The position numbers were made by a program, and so were the translations under genes. Under the pieces are notes generated by a model. The model was not told where the DNA came from. It saw nothing but the letters and a program-made list of their open reading frames with translations, and searched no databases. A DNA stretch of 64,000 nt from Candidatus Binatia bacterium (GTDB lineage Bacteria > Desulfobacterota > Binatia > UBA1149). The DNA lies in assembly GCA_046754245.1 (NCBI GenBank), contig JBHHVL010000007.1:3981-67980 (forward strand), in the 5' to 3' direction. Below, one piece after another: positions 42,943 to 54,065 of the stretch. Position 1 is the first letter of the stretch. Every line of letters begins with the position of its first letter.

Positions 42943-43823
42943 GCGGGGGACCGCCCTTCCTCTCGGGCCCGACAGGCCTCGAGCGTGTTGCTGAGGAGCA
43001 TGGCGACCGTCATCGGCCCGACGCCTCCAGGAACAGGGGTGATGTGCCCCGCCCGTCGCCGCGCAGCCTCGAACTCCACGTCGCCCACCAGGCGGCCATC
43101 CACGCGGTTGATTCCGACGTCGATCACGACCGCGCCAGGCTTGATCCACTCACCCCGAACGAGAGACGGCGACCCCACCGCCGCAACCACGATGTCGGCG
43201 GTGGCGACCTGGTCGCCGAGGTTGGGAGTCCGGGAATGGCAGAGTACCACCGTCGCGTGGCGTTCCAGGAGAAGCATCGCGACCGGTTTCCCGACCAGCG
43301 CCGAGCGCCCGATAACCGCCGCGTGGAGACCGCTGGGGTCTACACCCGTGGTTTCCACGAGGTGGATACAACTGATGGGCGTACACGGCCTCAACCCGGG
43401 GCGGCCCGTGAACAAGGCCCCCTGGTTCAGCGGATGAAGACCATCGACGTCCTTCGCCGGATCGACGGCGGCTATCGCCAGGTCCTGGTCGAGGTGATCA
43501 GGCAAAGGCAGTTGCACGATGATTCCGTCTATCTCGTCGCGATCGTTGTAGCTCCCTATTGCCGACAGCAAATCATCCATGGACACGGAGGCCGGCAACT
43601 CACAGTGCTCGGAAAGCATGCCCGTCTCAGCCGCTTCGCGCCGTTTGCGGCCTACGTAGATGCGAGAGGCGGCGTCGTCCCCCACGAGAATCGTCGCCAG
43701 ACCCGGAACACGCAGTCCGGCGGCCACACGATCCCCGACCTCCGTTCGGATACGCCCACGTAAATCAGCCGCGATGCCCTTGCCGTCTATGAGTGCAGCG
43801 CCGGCTTCCTCCGCCGGGATCAC
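42936..43823 (-). CDS. folD: bifunctional methylenetetrahydrofolate dehydrogenase/cyclohydrolase
   Basis: MIPAEEAGAALIDGKGIAADLR...ATILVGDDAASRIYV...GIIVQLPLP...VVIGRS...VGKP... GTG start overlaps the lipoprotein stop as GTGA. Confidence 0.9.
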   Translation of the reverse strand: MIPAEEAGAALIDGKGIAADLRGRIRTEVGDRVAAGLRVPGLATILVGDDAASRIYVGRKRREAAETGMLSEHCELPASVSMDDLLSAIGSYNDRDEIDGIIVQLPLPDHLDQDLAIAAVDPAKDVDGLHPLNQGALFTGRPGLRPCTPISCIHLVETTGVDPSGLHAAVIGRSALVGKPVAMLLLERHATVVLCHSRTPNLGDQVATADIVVAAVGSPSLVRGEWIKPGAVVIDVGINRVDGRLVGDVEFEAARRRAGHITPVPGGVGPMTVAMLLSNTLEACRAREEGRSPAS

Positions 43824-44458
43824 GCTCCGACCTGCCTCGCCAAAGAAGACACCATCTCTCGCACCCCATGCCGTGCGAACTCCAGGGCCGTCAGCCACCG
43901 CGTCGCTCGCACGCCCGTTAACTTCTTGATGCTGGCCCACGCGCGAGAAGGCCTCTGCACCTCGTCGAACAACTCGCTCCACAGGCGACGGCCGTTGTCC
44001 GCGTCGATCAACGCCGCGTATATTGACGCCCCGGCTCCAGAAACCGCGCGCTGGGCGTTCCCGCGTCGGTGCCGCAGGGCCAACAAGCCGCCGACCAGAA
44101 AGGCGTCGGCTTTACCCGCGGCCGACAGCCGCTGTAACTGCGCCCTCATCCCCTCCCCGGGCCTCACTTTCGTCTCGGCGTAGTCGAGCACAGCGAAACG
44201 CGGATAGCGGGTGAGCTGTTCGTAAAAGAAAGCCGTCACCAGCAGCGCATCGTGCCGCGAGGTCTCTTGCATGACGACCCCCTCCGGGCAAAGCTCACAT
44301 GCTCGCCCGCCTCCCGCGCCAGCCCACGCGAAGGGCAGAATGGCGACCGTGTAACGCTCCGCCACCTGAGAGGTCAACCGGCGGCCGGAGCCGCCGCTGG
44401 CGCAGGAGACCAGCGACAGTGCCAGTAGCGAGGCCAGGACCGCGGTTCTCACCTTCAT
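43820..44458 (-). CDS. uncharacterised lipoprotein (TolB-N-like / LpoB-like ILPF motif)
   Basis: MKVRTAVLASLLALSLVSC... has a signal peptide and lipobox (LVSC). The mature part carries ...YTVAILPFAWAG... and a CELC motif. True start is the internal ATG at 44458. Confidence 0.6.
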   Translation of the reverse strand: MKVRTAVLASLLALSLVSCASGGSGRRLTSQVAERYTVAILPFAWAGAGGGRACELCPEGVVMQETSRHDALLVTAFFYEQLTRYPRFAVLDYAETKVRPGEGMRAQLQRLSAAGKADAFLVGGLLALRHRRGNAQRAVSGAGASIYAALIDADNGRRLWSELFDEVQRPSRAWASIKKLTGVRATRWLTALEFARHGVREMVSSLARQVGA

Positions 44459-46212
44459 CCGTCCAGTCTCAGGCCCAGACCACGGAGCTGCTGCAAGTCC
44501 ACCCGCGACGGAGCATCGGTGAGTGGGCAGGCCGCCCGTTGGGTCTTGGGAAAAGCGATGACGTCCCGAATCGACTCGCAGCCCACCAGCATCGCCACCA
44601 AACGATCGAGCCCCAGCGCGAGACCTCCGTGAGGTGGCGCTCCGTAAGAAAGAGCCTCTAGCAAGAACCCAAACTTGGCCTCGGCTTCGCGCTCGTCTAT
44701 GCCGAGCACCCTGAAAACCCTTTGCTGGAGATCGCTGCGACAAATACGGATCGATCCCCCACCGAGTTCCACCCCATTGAGCACGATATCGTAAGCGTCG
44801 GCCTTCACCCTAGCCGGTTCGGTTTCGAGCTTGTCGATCTGTCCGGCCAGAGGGGCGGTAAACGGGTGGTGCAGGGCCTGGTAACGTCCCTCGTCGGCGT
44901 TGTATTCGAGCAGAGGGAAGTCGGTTATCCAGACGAAGTTCAGCATTTCCTTGTCAATTAGCCCGCGGGTCTCCGCCACCCGGCAGCGCAGATGGCCAAG
45001 CACTTCACTGACGACCTTGAAGCTGTCGGCACCGAAAAGCGCCAGATCCCCGTCCTCCAGACCAAGCCGTCCGGCCACTTCTTCCCGTTCCCCTTCAGAG
45101 AAAAATTTTACGACCGGCGATTGCCACTTGCCGTCGGCGACCTTGATCCACGCCAGACCTTTGGCTCCGAGCTCCACCGCGAAGTCACCGAGATCATCAA
45201 TCTCCTTTCTCGACATCATCGCGCCGCCCTTGACCACCAAGGCCTTGACCACACCACCACCGTCGGCCGCCGCCCGGAATACCTTGAAATCGCTGGCAGC
45301 AAACGCGGAAGTCAGATCCACGAGCTCCATCTCGAAGCGGGTGTCGGGGCGGTCTGACCCGTAACGTGCCATCGCCTCATCCCAGGACATGCGGGGAAAG
45401 CTTCCGTCGAAGCGCTTGCCCGCGAGTTCCTCGAAGATCTTCTTCAACAGCCCCTCGACCAGCGACATGACCTGCTCGGCGTTCACGAAGGACAGCTCCA
45501 GGTCGATCTGCGTGAACTCCGGTTGCCGATCCGCCCGCAGGTCCTCGTCACGAAAACAGCGAGCGATCTGGTAGTACCTGTCCAGTCCGGAAACCATCAG
45601 GAGCTGTTTGAAGAGCTGCGGAGACTGGGGAAGGGCGAAGAAGGCCCCAGGATACACGCGGCTCGGGACCAGGTAGTCCCGGGCCCCCTCGGGGGTGCTG
45701 CGCGTAAGCATGGGGGTCTCGACCTCAACGCACCCCTCGCTCTCTAGAAAACGACGGCTAAGCGAACAGACCTGGTGCCGGAGTCTCAGGTTACGCTGCA
45801 TGACCGGACGGCGCAGATCGAGGTAGCGGTGTTTGAGCCTTACGTTCTCGGTGATGACCGCATCGTCCTCTACCTGGAAGGGGCTCGACCTGGAGGGGTT
45901 GAGTATATCGAGTTCCGTGACCACTAGTTCCACCATACCCGTGGGCATCACCGGATTTACGGTCTCAGCGCTTCTGAGCCTGAGCTTGCCCCGTACGGCA
46001 ACGACGAACTCGTTTCTCAGAGCACCCGCGGTCTCGTGAGCCTCGGGTCCGTCTTCAGGATTGAACACCACCTGCAGAACGCCCGTGTGGTCGCGCAGGT
46101 CAACAAAAATGACGCCTCCGTGATCACGGCGCGCGCGAACCCACCCCGCAAGCTGAAGGTCCCTGCCCGCGTCTTGATCGCGGGGCTCCCCACAATAACA
46201 ACTACGCTCCAC
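44455..46212 (-). CDS. aspS: aspartate--tRNA ligase
   Basis: ...YCGEPRDQDAGRDLQLAGWVRARRDHGGVIFVDLRD... class II motifs. GTG start with a GAGGGG RBS. Confidence 0.9.
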   Translation of the reverse strand: MERSCYCGEPRDQDAGRDLQLAGWVRARRDHGGVIFVDLRDHTGVLQVVFNPEDGPEAHETAGALRNEFVVAVRGKLRLRSAETVNPVMPTGMVELVVTELDILNPSRSSPFQVEDDAVITENVRLKHRYLDLRRPVMQRNLRLRHQVCSLSRRFLESEGCVEVETPMLTRSTPEGARDYLVPSRVYPGAFFALPQSPQLFKQLLMVSGLDRYYQIARCFRDEDLRADRQPEFTQIDLELSFVNAEQVMSLVEGLLKKIFEELAGKRFDGSFPRMSWDEAMARYGSDRPDTRFEMELVDLTSAFAASDFKVFRAAADGGGVVKALVVKGGAMMSRKEIDDLGDFAVELGAKGLAWIKVADGKWQSPVVKFFSEGEREEVAGRLGLEDGDLALFGADSFKVVSEVLGHLRCRVAETRGLIDKEMLNFVWITDFPLLEYNADEGRYQALHHPFTAPLAGQIDKLETEPARVKADAYDIVLNGVELGGGSIRICRSDLQQRVFRVLGIDEREAEAKFGFLLEALSYGAPPHGGLALGLDRLVAMLVGCESIRDVIAFPKTQRAACPLTDAPSRVDLQQLRGLGLRLDG

Positions 46213-47482
46213 CTTTACCCGCCCCTCGTATGGTATCCATGATCTGCCCGGCGGCGGCGTCCAGCGCAACCGCACACTCGAAATCGGTTTTGTTCTTCAT
46301 GTCGCGCAGGCTCGCACGTCCCGCGTCGAGTTCCGCCTGACCGAGAATGACGACGTAGCGGGCACCAACCCGATCGGCTCGTTTCATCTGGGTCTTCAGC
46401 TTGCGCTTGGGGTTCTCCATTTCGACACGAACCCCGTCGCGTCGCAGCTTCCTGGCGAACCGCATCGCCTCGACCATCGCGTCCTCTCCCACAGGCGCGA
46501 CTACCAGTTCAGGCGAATCGCCCAGATCGACTTGTTCTTCCAGCGCGAGAAGCATTCTCTCGATCCCGAAGGCAAAACCCACCCCGGCAACCTCACCGCC
46601 GCCAAGCGCGGAGACAAGTCCGTCGTAACGACCGCCCCCCCCTACCGAGTCCTGTGCACCAAGACGCGAGGATCTTATTTCAAAAGCCGTACGACAGTAA
46701 TAGTCCAGGCCCCTGACCATGTAGGGATTGGCACAGACCTTGACCCCGCCGGCCTCTAGCAGCTCCAGTACGCGGCGATGGTGAGCGGCGCAGTCACCGC
46801 AGAGTCCATCGACCATGAAGGGGGCGCCCTGCATGGCCTCGCGACAACCCTCCGACTTGCAGTCGAGCAGCCTCAGGGGGTTACGCTCGAGCCTCGACCG
46901 GCAGTCCGTGCATAGTTTCGCTACCCTCTCACGCGCAAAAGCGCCAAGAGCCTTGCGGTAAGCCGGACGACAGGCCGAATCGCCCAGGCTGTTGATTTCT
47001 ATCCGGTAGTCCTGCATTCCGGCGGCTTCGCAGATATCGGCGACCAGGGTGATGGTTTCGGCGTCGGCGGCCGCGTCGTTCCGTCCGAGGCACTCGGCAC
47101 CGATCTGAGAGAACTGCCTGTACCTCCCTTTCTGCGGCCTCTCACGCCGAAACATCGGGCCCAGGTAGTAGAGCTTCGCTTCGGGATGGGATCGCGTCAT
47201 GCCCGATTCTATATAAGCCCGAACCAACGACGCCGTCCCTTCCGGCCTCAACGCGAGCCAGCTGCCGTCTTTGTCTTCGAAGCAGTACATCTCCTTCTCG
47301 ACGATGTCGGAATCGGCCCCCACGGAACGTCGGAAGAGTTCGACTTTTTCGAGGAGCGGTAGCTCCATCTCCCTGAAGCCGTAGGCTTCCAGCAGAGCCG
47401 CAGAAACCCTCAGTAGTTGTCGGCGGCGGGTCGCCTCGGGCGGGAGAACGTCCCTGAAACCTTTGACAGAAGTTACTTTCAT
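46202..47482 (-). CDS. hisS: histidine--tRNA ligase
   Basis: MKVTSVKGFRDVLP...YRQFSQIGAE...GGGRYDGL... Confidence 0.9.
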   Translation of the reverse strand: MKVTSVKGFRDVLPPEATRRRQLLRVSAALLEAYGFREMELPLLEKVELFRRSVGADSDIVEKEMYCFEDKDGSWLALRPEGTASLVRAYIESGMTRSHPEAKLYYLGPMFRRERPQKGRYRQFSQIGAECLGRNDAAADAETITLVADICEAAGMQDYRIEINSLGDSACRPAYRKALGAFARERVAKLCTDCRSRLERNPLRLLDCKSEGCREAMQGAPFMVDGLCGDCAAHHRRVLELLEAGGVKVCANPYMVRGLDYYCRTAFEIRSSRLGAQDSVGGGGRYDGLVSALGGGEVAGVGFAFGIERMLLALEEQVDLGDSPELVVAPVGEDAMVEAMRFARKLRRDGVRVEMENPKRKLKTQMKRADRVGARYVVILGQAELDAGRASLRDMKNKTDFECAVALDAAAGQIMDTIRGAGKGGA

Positions 47483-47523
47483 CGAAGCTCGACGAACCGG
47501 GTCCGAGAGTTCGTCGTGGGCGC

Positions 47524-50004
47524 CTACTTATCGGGGCGATCCCGCGAATAGTCAACGCCGGGCGTGGCGCTCCCGAAGCGGGTCGAAAGCTCCATTCGGC
47601 GCCCCAGCGAGAGCTCAACGGCCCCGTCGCGGTCGCTGCGGTAGAAGGCGCATCCCGCTTCCAGGTACCTCGCTTCTACCTCCGGATGGGGCAAGTGGTA
47701 GCGGTTCGCGAGGCCCACCGACGCCACCGCTATCGCCGGACAGGTCGCGCGCACCAGAGCCGGCGACGAGGACCCGCGGCTCCCGTGATGCGGAACCTTG
47801 AGCACGTCCGCACCGCGGTAGGCTCCGGCCGCGAGCAGCTCGCCCTCGACCCGTTCCCCGGCGTCACCGCCGAGCACCACGGTCTTGCCCATGAAACCTA
47901 GCCGCAGTACCAGAGAGCGGTCATTGTCCGCGCAGTCTCCAGCGTCGTCAGGCGGCCAGAGAACCTCCACGCCAAGCCGCCTACGGGTCCATTCCGCTTC
48001 GGGTCGAGTCATTGTTTCTCGTGTAATTACGAGTACTTCTACACCATTCTGTCTGAGCTTGTCTAGGAATCGGCGGAAGCGCCAGTGCTGACAGTCCCCG
48101 CCAGAATACCAGAACTGCCTGATGGTGAATCCTTCGAGGAGATCCTCCAGGCCGCGCCAGTGGTCGTCTTGCACGTGGCTCGCGACCAGATAGTCGATGG
48201 TGCGTACCCACATTCTCCTCAGTTGGGGCGCCACCGCCAGCTTGCCGCGACCGGGAGAACCGCCGTCGACTACCATGACCCCGCCCCCCGGCAGCCTGAG
48301 AATGGTGGAGTCTCCTTGCCCCACCGAAACGAAGGTGATTCGCAGCAGATCGCTTCGATACCTTTCATGGATCCCCTGGCCCAGCACCCCGGCAAGGGCC
48401 AGGCCTAGTGCAGCCAGAGCCCATCGTCGCGGCCCGCCGCGACCTAGCAACCCGCAAGTGGCCACGGCGTATATCAGCCCGAACAAATGCCAACCCCGCG
48501 CTGTCACGTTCAGGCCAGCGCCGGGCAGGACCGCCGCCGACCCGGCGATACCTAGACTCGCATCAGCGCAGATCGAAGCGATCCCGAACAACGGTGGCGC
48601 TAGCGGGGGGCACAGAGCCAGGGCAACGGCCCCGGCCAGCCCGCTTACCACGGTGCCCGTCACGATCGGCAGCCCGACCAGGTTCGTCAGAGGCGCGACC
48701 AGCGACACCCGTCCAAAGTGCTGCGCAGCCAGGGGAAGGGTCGAACACCAAGCCACCAAGGATACCCCGAGGCCATTAACAGCGAGCGAGATCAGCGGGC
48801 GCCGTTGCTGCCCGTGTCTCTTCGCCGAATCCGCGCGCAGCCTCGCGAACAGCAACAAGCCGCCGACCGCCGCAAACGAGAGCTGGAACGCGGCCTCTCT
48901 GACCACCGACCCGGCAGAAAACGCGAGCACGATTGCCGCCAGCGCGAGGCTGTCTGCGGCGGCGATCTTCATCCCCCACCAAGCGGCCGCGAGCCAGCAG
49001 CCTACCATCAGCACCGAACGCTCGACCGAGACCCCGCCTCCGCTGAGCGCCGCGTAGGCGAACAGCCCCGACGCGGCTACGAGCGCCGCCGGCCTCTTGA
49101 CGTCGTGCGAAGCCGCGTAGGCGCGGAACAGCAGACCCAGGCGCCTCGTGAGCCAGAACAGCACTCCGGAGACGAGCCCCATGTGCAGTCCCGATATCGC
49201 AAGCACGTGGGCCAGCCCCGCGTCCCTCAAGGATCGTCGCTGCCCCTGGGCGAGCTTGGCACGGTCACCGCTGATCAGCGCCGCGACCAGCCTTCCCCCT
49301 TCTCCCCCCCGCCGTCTGGCCGCTGCGCTGACAGCCACCCTCGCGTCCGCGAGCCAACCGCTGATCCCGCCGCTGCGTCCGAGGAAGTCCACGGAACCAT
49401 CGTCCCAGAGCCACGAGCTGACGAACACACCCCGGCGGGCGTTCCAAGCACGCCAGTCGTTCTCACCGGGGTTGTGAAAGTTGGTAATCGGCCTCAACCG
49501 CGCGCTGAACGACAGCCGATCCCCAACCGTCCACTCACGGGCCGGGTGTCGAATATACAGCGCCAACGCTCCGTCGAGCCTCGCTGCTCGAGGTCGTTGG
49601 CCAGCACCGTCGGGCGGGGCCCAAGGCTTCGGGCCACGACCCTTCTCCAGCTCCAGTTCTGAAAGCGTGAGGCGCAGGGATCCAGAGGCGGTAGACGACA
49701 ACGACCCGATCGTCGCCGAGATCCTGTGCGAGAGGGGCGAACGCGACTGACCGTCGAGAAGGGAAGCGACGTGCGACGGGTCGGTGGGCAGTTCCGGCGG
49801 CAGAGACGAGACGGCGGCCAGACCCGCGGCCAGCAGCCGCAGAGCCAGGGGGCCCATACGCCGCCCTTCCTTCCACCAGCACCGGAACAGCCAGACAGAG
49901 CAGGCGAGAAGCGGTAGGACGTCGCCCGGTGTCGGCGCAGCGGATGAAGCACACCAACAGACCGAAAGAACCAGAGCGCAGAGGGTATGAAGCCCCATTC
50001 GCAA
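47524..50004 (-). CDS. comEC: DNA internalisation-related competence protein ComEC/Rec2
   Basis: 826 aa. DUF4131-like N-terminus, a polytopic competence domain (...AISGLHMGLV...) and a C-terminal metallo-beta-lactamase domain (ITFVSVGQGDSTIL...HHGS). Confidence 0.85.
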   Translation of the reverse strand: MRMGLHTLCALVLSVCWCASSAAPTPGDVLPLLACSVWLFRCWWKEGRRMGPLALRLLAAGLAAVSSLPPELPTDPSHVASLLDGQSRSPLSHRISATIGSLSSTASGSLRLTLSELELEKGRGPKPWAPPDGAGQRPRAARLDGALALYIRHPAREWTVGDRLSFSARLRPITNFHNPGENDWRAWNARRGVFVSSWLWDDGSVDFLGRSGGISGWLADARVAVSAAARRRGGEGGRLVAALISGDRAKLAQGQRRSLRDAGLAHVLAISGLHMGLVSGVLFWLTRRLGLLFRAYAASHDVKRPAALVAASGLFAYAALSGGGVSVERSVLMVGCWLAAAWWGMKIAAADSLALAAIVLAFSAGSVVREAAFQLSFAAVGGLLLFARLRADSAKRHGQQRRPLISLAVNGLGVSLVAWCSTLPLAAQHFGRVSLVAPLTNLVGLPIVTGTVVSGLAGAVALALCPPLAPPLFGIASICADASLGIAGSAAVLPGAGLNVTARGWHLFGLIYAVATCGLLGRGGPRRWALAALGLALAGVLGQGIHERYRSDLLRITFVSVGQGDSTILRLPGGGVMVVDGGSPGRGKLAVAPQLRRMWVRTIDYLVASHVQDDHWRGLEDLLEGFTIRQFWYSGGDCQHWRFRRFLDKLRQNGVEVLVITRETMTRPEAEWTRRRLGVEVLWPPDDAGDCADNDRSLVLRLGFMGKTVVLGGDAGERVEGELLAAGAYRGADVLKVPHHGSRGSSSPALVRATCPAIAVASVGLANRYHLPHPEVEARYLEAGCAFYRSDRDGAVELSLGRRMELSTRFGSATPGVDYSRDRPDK

Positions 50005-50066
50005 CCACTAAGCTAAACGGGAGGGCGGTATCAAGAGCCCTCAGGCCTTCAATCACTGATATGTAA

Positions 50067-51971
50067 TCAGCCTTTCAGGTGGTCGCTTATCCCGATCGCC
50101 AGCTCCCTGCCGATGCCAGGAACCCGGGCTATCTCCTCGATCGAAGCCTCGGCCAGGCGCTTGACGCTCCCGAAACGCGATAGGAGCGCCCGCCGGCGCG
50201 TAGGCCCGACGCCTCGTACGTCGTCTAGAGCCGAGCGCAGGCGTTTCTTCGATCTCAGTTCGCGATGAAAACCGATGGCAAAGCGATGGGCCTCGTCCCT
50301 GAGGCGCTGAAGCAAGAAGAGGGCGTTGGAGTTGCGTCTGAGCTTGACGGGGTTGCTGCGCCCCGGCCGAAACACCCTTTCGTCGCTCCTCTCGACGCTC
50401 GCCGCACGCATGTCTCCCGCGACTCTGTCCTTGGCAATCGCGGCCAGCTCCATACCCTCGACACCGAGTTCTCGGACAACCGCGACCGCCATGGCAAGCT
50501 GCCCCCGGCCCCCATCGACCAAGAGTAGGTCGGGGAGCCCACCCTCGCGCATTCCGCGCTTGAGACGGCGTCCCAGAACCTCTTTCATCGCCGCGAAATC
50601 GTCGTTCCGCTGCACCCCTTTCAAGCGATAGCGCCGGTAGCCGGATCGATCCGGCTGTCCCTCGTCGAAAGCGACCATGGACGCGACCACAGCCTCCCCC
50701 TGCACGTGGGATATGTCGAAACACTCTATCCGTTTGGGCACACTCGCAAGCCCCAAGCGCGCCTTGAGTTCGGCGCTCATCTTCTCCCGCCGCAACGCTT
50801 CGTCGTCTCGCTCGGCCAGTGAGTGCGCCGCGTTCTCGACCGCCATCTCGACAAGACGTTTCTTCTCGCCCCGCGAAGGCGCGCTCACCCTTACCCGGCT
50901 TCCACGCTTGTCGGTCAGGTAAGAAGCAAGACCCTCCATCGTATCTATCTCGACCGGTAGCAGAACCTCGTCGGGGATGTAGCGTGGGCCCTCGTAGAAG
51001 CGAGCCGTAAACGCCGACAACACTTCTTCGTCAGGAAACTCGTGGTCGTCAAAATGATACGCAAGATGCCCGGTCAGCTTGCCGGCTCGCACGAGCAGGA
51101 CCTGGGCTTCGATAAAGCCCCCCTCCCGGTACATGCCGAAGACGTCTCGGTCACCGCCGCCGTGCACCACCACTTTCTGCCGGGACGCCATCTTGGCTAT
51201 GGCCGCGGCACGGTCACGGAAACGGGCCGCTTCCTCGTATCGCTGGGCCTCCGAAGCCGCGCGCATTTGATCCTCAAGTTCGGCGACGAGTTCTTCGGTT
51301 TTTCCCTCCAGCAGACGGGTAGCCGCGTCGAGATGCTGTCGGTACTCACCACCATCGACGGGAAGCACACAGGGCGCCAAGCAACGTTTGATCTGGTATT
51401 CGAGACAGGGACGCGATCGGTTGCGGAAGATCGTGTTTGAACAGGTTCTCAACGGGAAGACCTTGCGGATCGTGGAAATCGTCTCGCGGAGCCCAGCGGC
51501 CGACACGAAGGGGCCTAGGTAGGTGTTCCCGTCCTTCGAAACCCTGCGCGTGACGGTGATGCGCGGCCACTCCTCCCGGGTCGTGATCTTCACCGACAGA
51601 TAGGTCTTGTCGTCCTTCAGGCGGATGTTGTACCGGGGCTTGTACTGGTGAATGAGGTTGGCTTCCAGAATCAACGCTTCGGCTTCGTTCTCCGTAACGA
51701 GCGTTTCGAGATCAACCGCCTTCTCCATCAGGAAACGGACCTGATAGCGACCGTCTCCTCCATCTTGGAGGTAGCTACGCAGACGCGTCTGGAGGCTCTT
51801 CGCCTTGCCCACGTAGATTACCTTCTTCGAAGCGTCTTTGAACATGTACACACCGGGCCGGCGCGGCAGAGCCCGCACCTTCGACGCGAGGCGGTCACGC
51901 GCGGCGGCCCTGGCGGACCCCTCTTCCGCTCCCGCGCGCGGCGAACGCTCCGGTCCACCGTCTTCAGGCAT
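50067..51971 (-). CDS. uvrC: excinuclease ABC subunit C
   Basis: GIY-YIG motif ([22 protein letters not shown]), a UvrBC-interaction region and a C-terminal HhH. Start is the ATG at 51971, which overlaps the uvrB stop (ATGCCTGA). Confidence 0.9.
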   Translation of the reverse strand: MPEDGGPERSPRAGAEEGSARAAARDRLASKVRALPRRPGVYMFKDASKKVIYVGKAKSLQTRLRSYLQDGGDGRYQVRFLMEKAVDLETLVTENEAEALILEANLIHQYKPRYNIRLKDDKTYLSVKITTREEWPRITVTRRVSKDGNTYLGPFVSAAGLRETISTIRKVFPLRTCSNTIFRNRSRPCLEYQIKRCLAPCVLPVDGGEYRQHLDAATRLLEGKTEELVAELEDQMRAASEAQRYEEAARFRDRAAAIAKMASRQKVVVHGGGDRDVFGMYREGGFIEAQVLLVRAGKLTGHLAYHFDDHEFPDEEVLSAFTARFYEGPRYIPDEVLLPVEIDTMEGLASYLTDKRGSRVRVSAPSRGEKKRLVEMAVENAAHSLAERDDEALRREKMSAELKARLGLASVPKRIECFDISHVQGEAVVASMVAFDEGQPDRSGYRRYRLKGVQRNDDFAAMKEVLGRRLKRGMREGGLPDLLLVDGGRGQLAMAVAVVRELGVEGMELAAIAKDRVAGDMRAASVERSDERVFRPGRSNPVKLRRNSNALFLLQRLRDEAHRFAIGFHRELRSKKRLRSALDDVRGVGPTRRRALLSRFGSVKRLAEASIEEIARVPGIGRELAIGISDHLKG

Positions 51972-53997
51972 CGAGACCGAGTTCCCGCTGTTCCAGGCGA
52001 TTCGCACGATCCCGAAGTTCAGCAGCTTTCTCGAACTCCAGCCTCGACGCCGCCTCTTCCATCTTCTTACGTAGAAGATCGATCTCCGCTCGAATGCCGG
52101 CTCGTCCGTATTCATGCTCCGGCTCGGCGACGACCGGAATGGGTGCGTAATCCGCTTCACACATGCGAACGATGGGATCATCGATCGCCTTGACAATCGA
52201 TCGGGGCTCGATTCCGTGTTCTTCGTTGAACGCGACCTGGGTCTCGCGCCGGCGCCGGGTCTCCTCCAGCGCCTTTTCCATCGAAGCGGTGACGTTGTCT
52301 GCGTACATTATCGCGGTACCGTTTATGTGTCGGGCCGCACGTCCCATCGTCTGAATCAGCGAACGCGCCGATCTGAGGAAGCCCTCCTTGTCTGCATCTA
52401 GAATGGCTACCAAGGATACCTCGGGAAGATCGAGTCCTTCGCGCAAGAGGTTGATTCCTACCAACACGTCGAATTCGCCGCGGCGCAGTTCGCGAAGAAT
52501 CTCTACCCTCTCGAGAGTATCGATATCGGAATGGAGATAGCGTACCTTGACCCCCAGCTCGCCATAGTACTCGGTTAGATCCTCCGCCATCTTCTTGGTC
52601 AGCGTTGTTACCAAGACGCGTTCGCCTCGGCTTACCCGCACGCGGATCTCGTCGAGCAGGTCGTCCACCTGCTGCCCAGCGGGCCGTATTTCTACCGGAG
52701 GGTCAGTCAGCCCAGTCGGCCGCACGAGTTGTTCCACGACCACTCCCCCCGAACGTTCGAGTTCGTAGTCGCCCGGTGTCGCCGATACGTAGACGGTTGG
52801 ACCCAGCGCCGCCTCAAACTCCTGAAAGTTCAGTGGCCGGTTGTCCAGAGCCGAGGGAAGACGGAATCCAAACTCCACGAGAGTCTCCTTACGGGCGCGG
52901 TCCCCCCGGTACATGCCGCCCGCTTGCGGAACGGTGATGTGGCTTTCGTCAATGAAGGTCAGGAACCCCTCCGGGAAATAGTGTAGCAACGTCGCAGGGG
53001 TCTCCCCCGGAGCCCGCTGCGCGAGATGGCGCGAATAGTTCTCGATGCCCGGACACAGACCCATCTCGGTAAGCATTTCCAGATCGTAGAGGGTTCGTTG
53101 CTCGAGTCGCTGCGCTTCAAGCAGCTTGTCCTGCGCGCGGAGCTCCCTGAGCCTGTCACCCAGCTCCTGTCTGATGCTCTCCACCGCCTTCTTCATATTC
53201 TCCGACGAAGTGACGTAGTGACTGGCCGGGTAAAGGCACAAACGCTCCATCGTTCTCAACACGGTTCCACGCAGAGGATCGATTTCACGTATCTTCTCCA
53301 CCTCGTCGTCGAAGAACTCGATGCGGATCGCCCGCGCGTCCTCGTAAACCGGAAATATTTCAATCACGTCGCCCCGGACGCGGAAAGTTCCGCGATGAAA
53401 GTCTATGTCGCTGCGGCGATACTGGATATCCACGAGCTTGCGCAACACCTCGTCTCGCTCGATGCGTTCCCCTTCCTCGACGAAGACCATCATGTCGAAG
53501 TACTCGTCTGGAGAACCGAGTCCGTAGATGCAAGAAATAGAAGCGACGATGAGGACATCGTTGCGTTCCAGCAGCGCACGGGTACTCGAATGCCGTAGTT
53601 TATCGATGTCGTCGTTGATCGAAGAATCCTTCTCGATGTAGGTGTCGGTACTCGGCACGTAGGCCTCGGGCTGATAGTAGTCGTAATAGGACACGAAGTA
53701 GCGGACGGCGTTATCGGGAAACAGCTGTTTGAACTCGTTGTACAGCTGCGCAGCAAGTGTCTTGTTGGGCGCGATTACGAGCGTCGGCCGATTGAGACGT
53801 TCGACCACGTTCGCCATCGTGAAGGTCTTCCCTGAACCGGTAACACCTAGAAGAACCTGGCTGCCAAGACCCTGCGAGATTCCCTCGACCAGGCCGGCTA
53901 CGGCGGCAGGCTGTTGCCCTTGTAGAGAGAATTCCGTGCGTAGCTCGAACTTACCGTCTTTTCTCACCACAGGAAGGCTACACGAATTCTGACCCAA
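51964..53997 (-). CDS. uvrB: excinuclease ABC subunit B
   Basis: ...[16 protein letters not shown]... helicase motifs and a C-terminal UVR domain. Confidence 0.95.
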   Translation of the reverse strand: MGQNSCSLPVVRKDGKFELRTEFSLQGQQPAAVAGLVEGISQGLGSQVLLGVTGSGKTFTMANVVERLNRPTLVIAPNKTLAAQLYNEFKQLFPDNAVRYFVSYYDYYQPEAYVPSTDTYIEKDSSINDDIDKLRHSSTRALLERNDVLIVASISCIYGLGSPDEYFDMMVFVEEGERIERDEVLRKLVDIQYRRSDIDFHRGTFRVRGDVIEIFPVYEDARAIRIEFFDDEVEKIREIDPLRGTVLRTMERLCLYPASHYVTSSENMKKAVESIRQELGDRLRELRAQDKLLEAQRLEQRTLYDLEMLTEMGLCPGIENYSRHLAQRAPGETPATLLHYFPEGFLTFIDESHITVPQAGGMYRGDRARKETLVEFGFRLPSALDNRPLNFQEFEAALGPTVYVSATPGDYELERSGGVVVEQLVRPTGLTDPPVEIRPAGQQVDDLLDEIRVRVSRGERVLVTTLTKKMAEDLTEYYGELGVKVRYLHSDIDTLERVEILRELRRGEFDVLVGINLLREGLDLPEVSLVAILDADKEGFLRSARSLIQTMGRAARHINGTAIMYADNVTASMEKALEETRRRRETQVAFNEEHGIEPRSIVKAIDDPIVRMCEADYAPIPVVAEPEHEYGRAGIRAEIDLLRKKMEEAASRLEFEKAAELRDRANRLEQRELGLDA

Positions 53998-54065
53998 TCG
54001 GGAATTGGCCAGCGACGGGAGAATCCGCTAGCGTACCCCCCGACTCTCGAACTGGAGGACTGACC

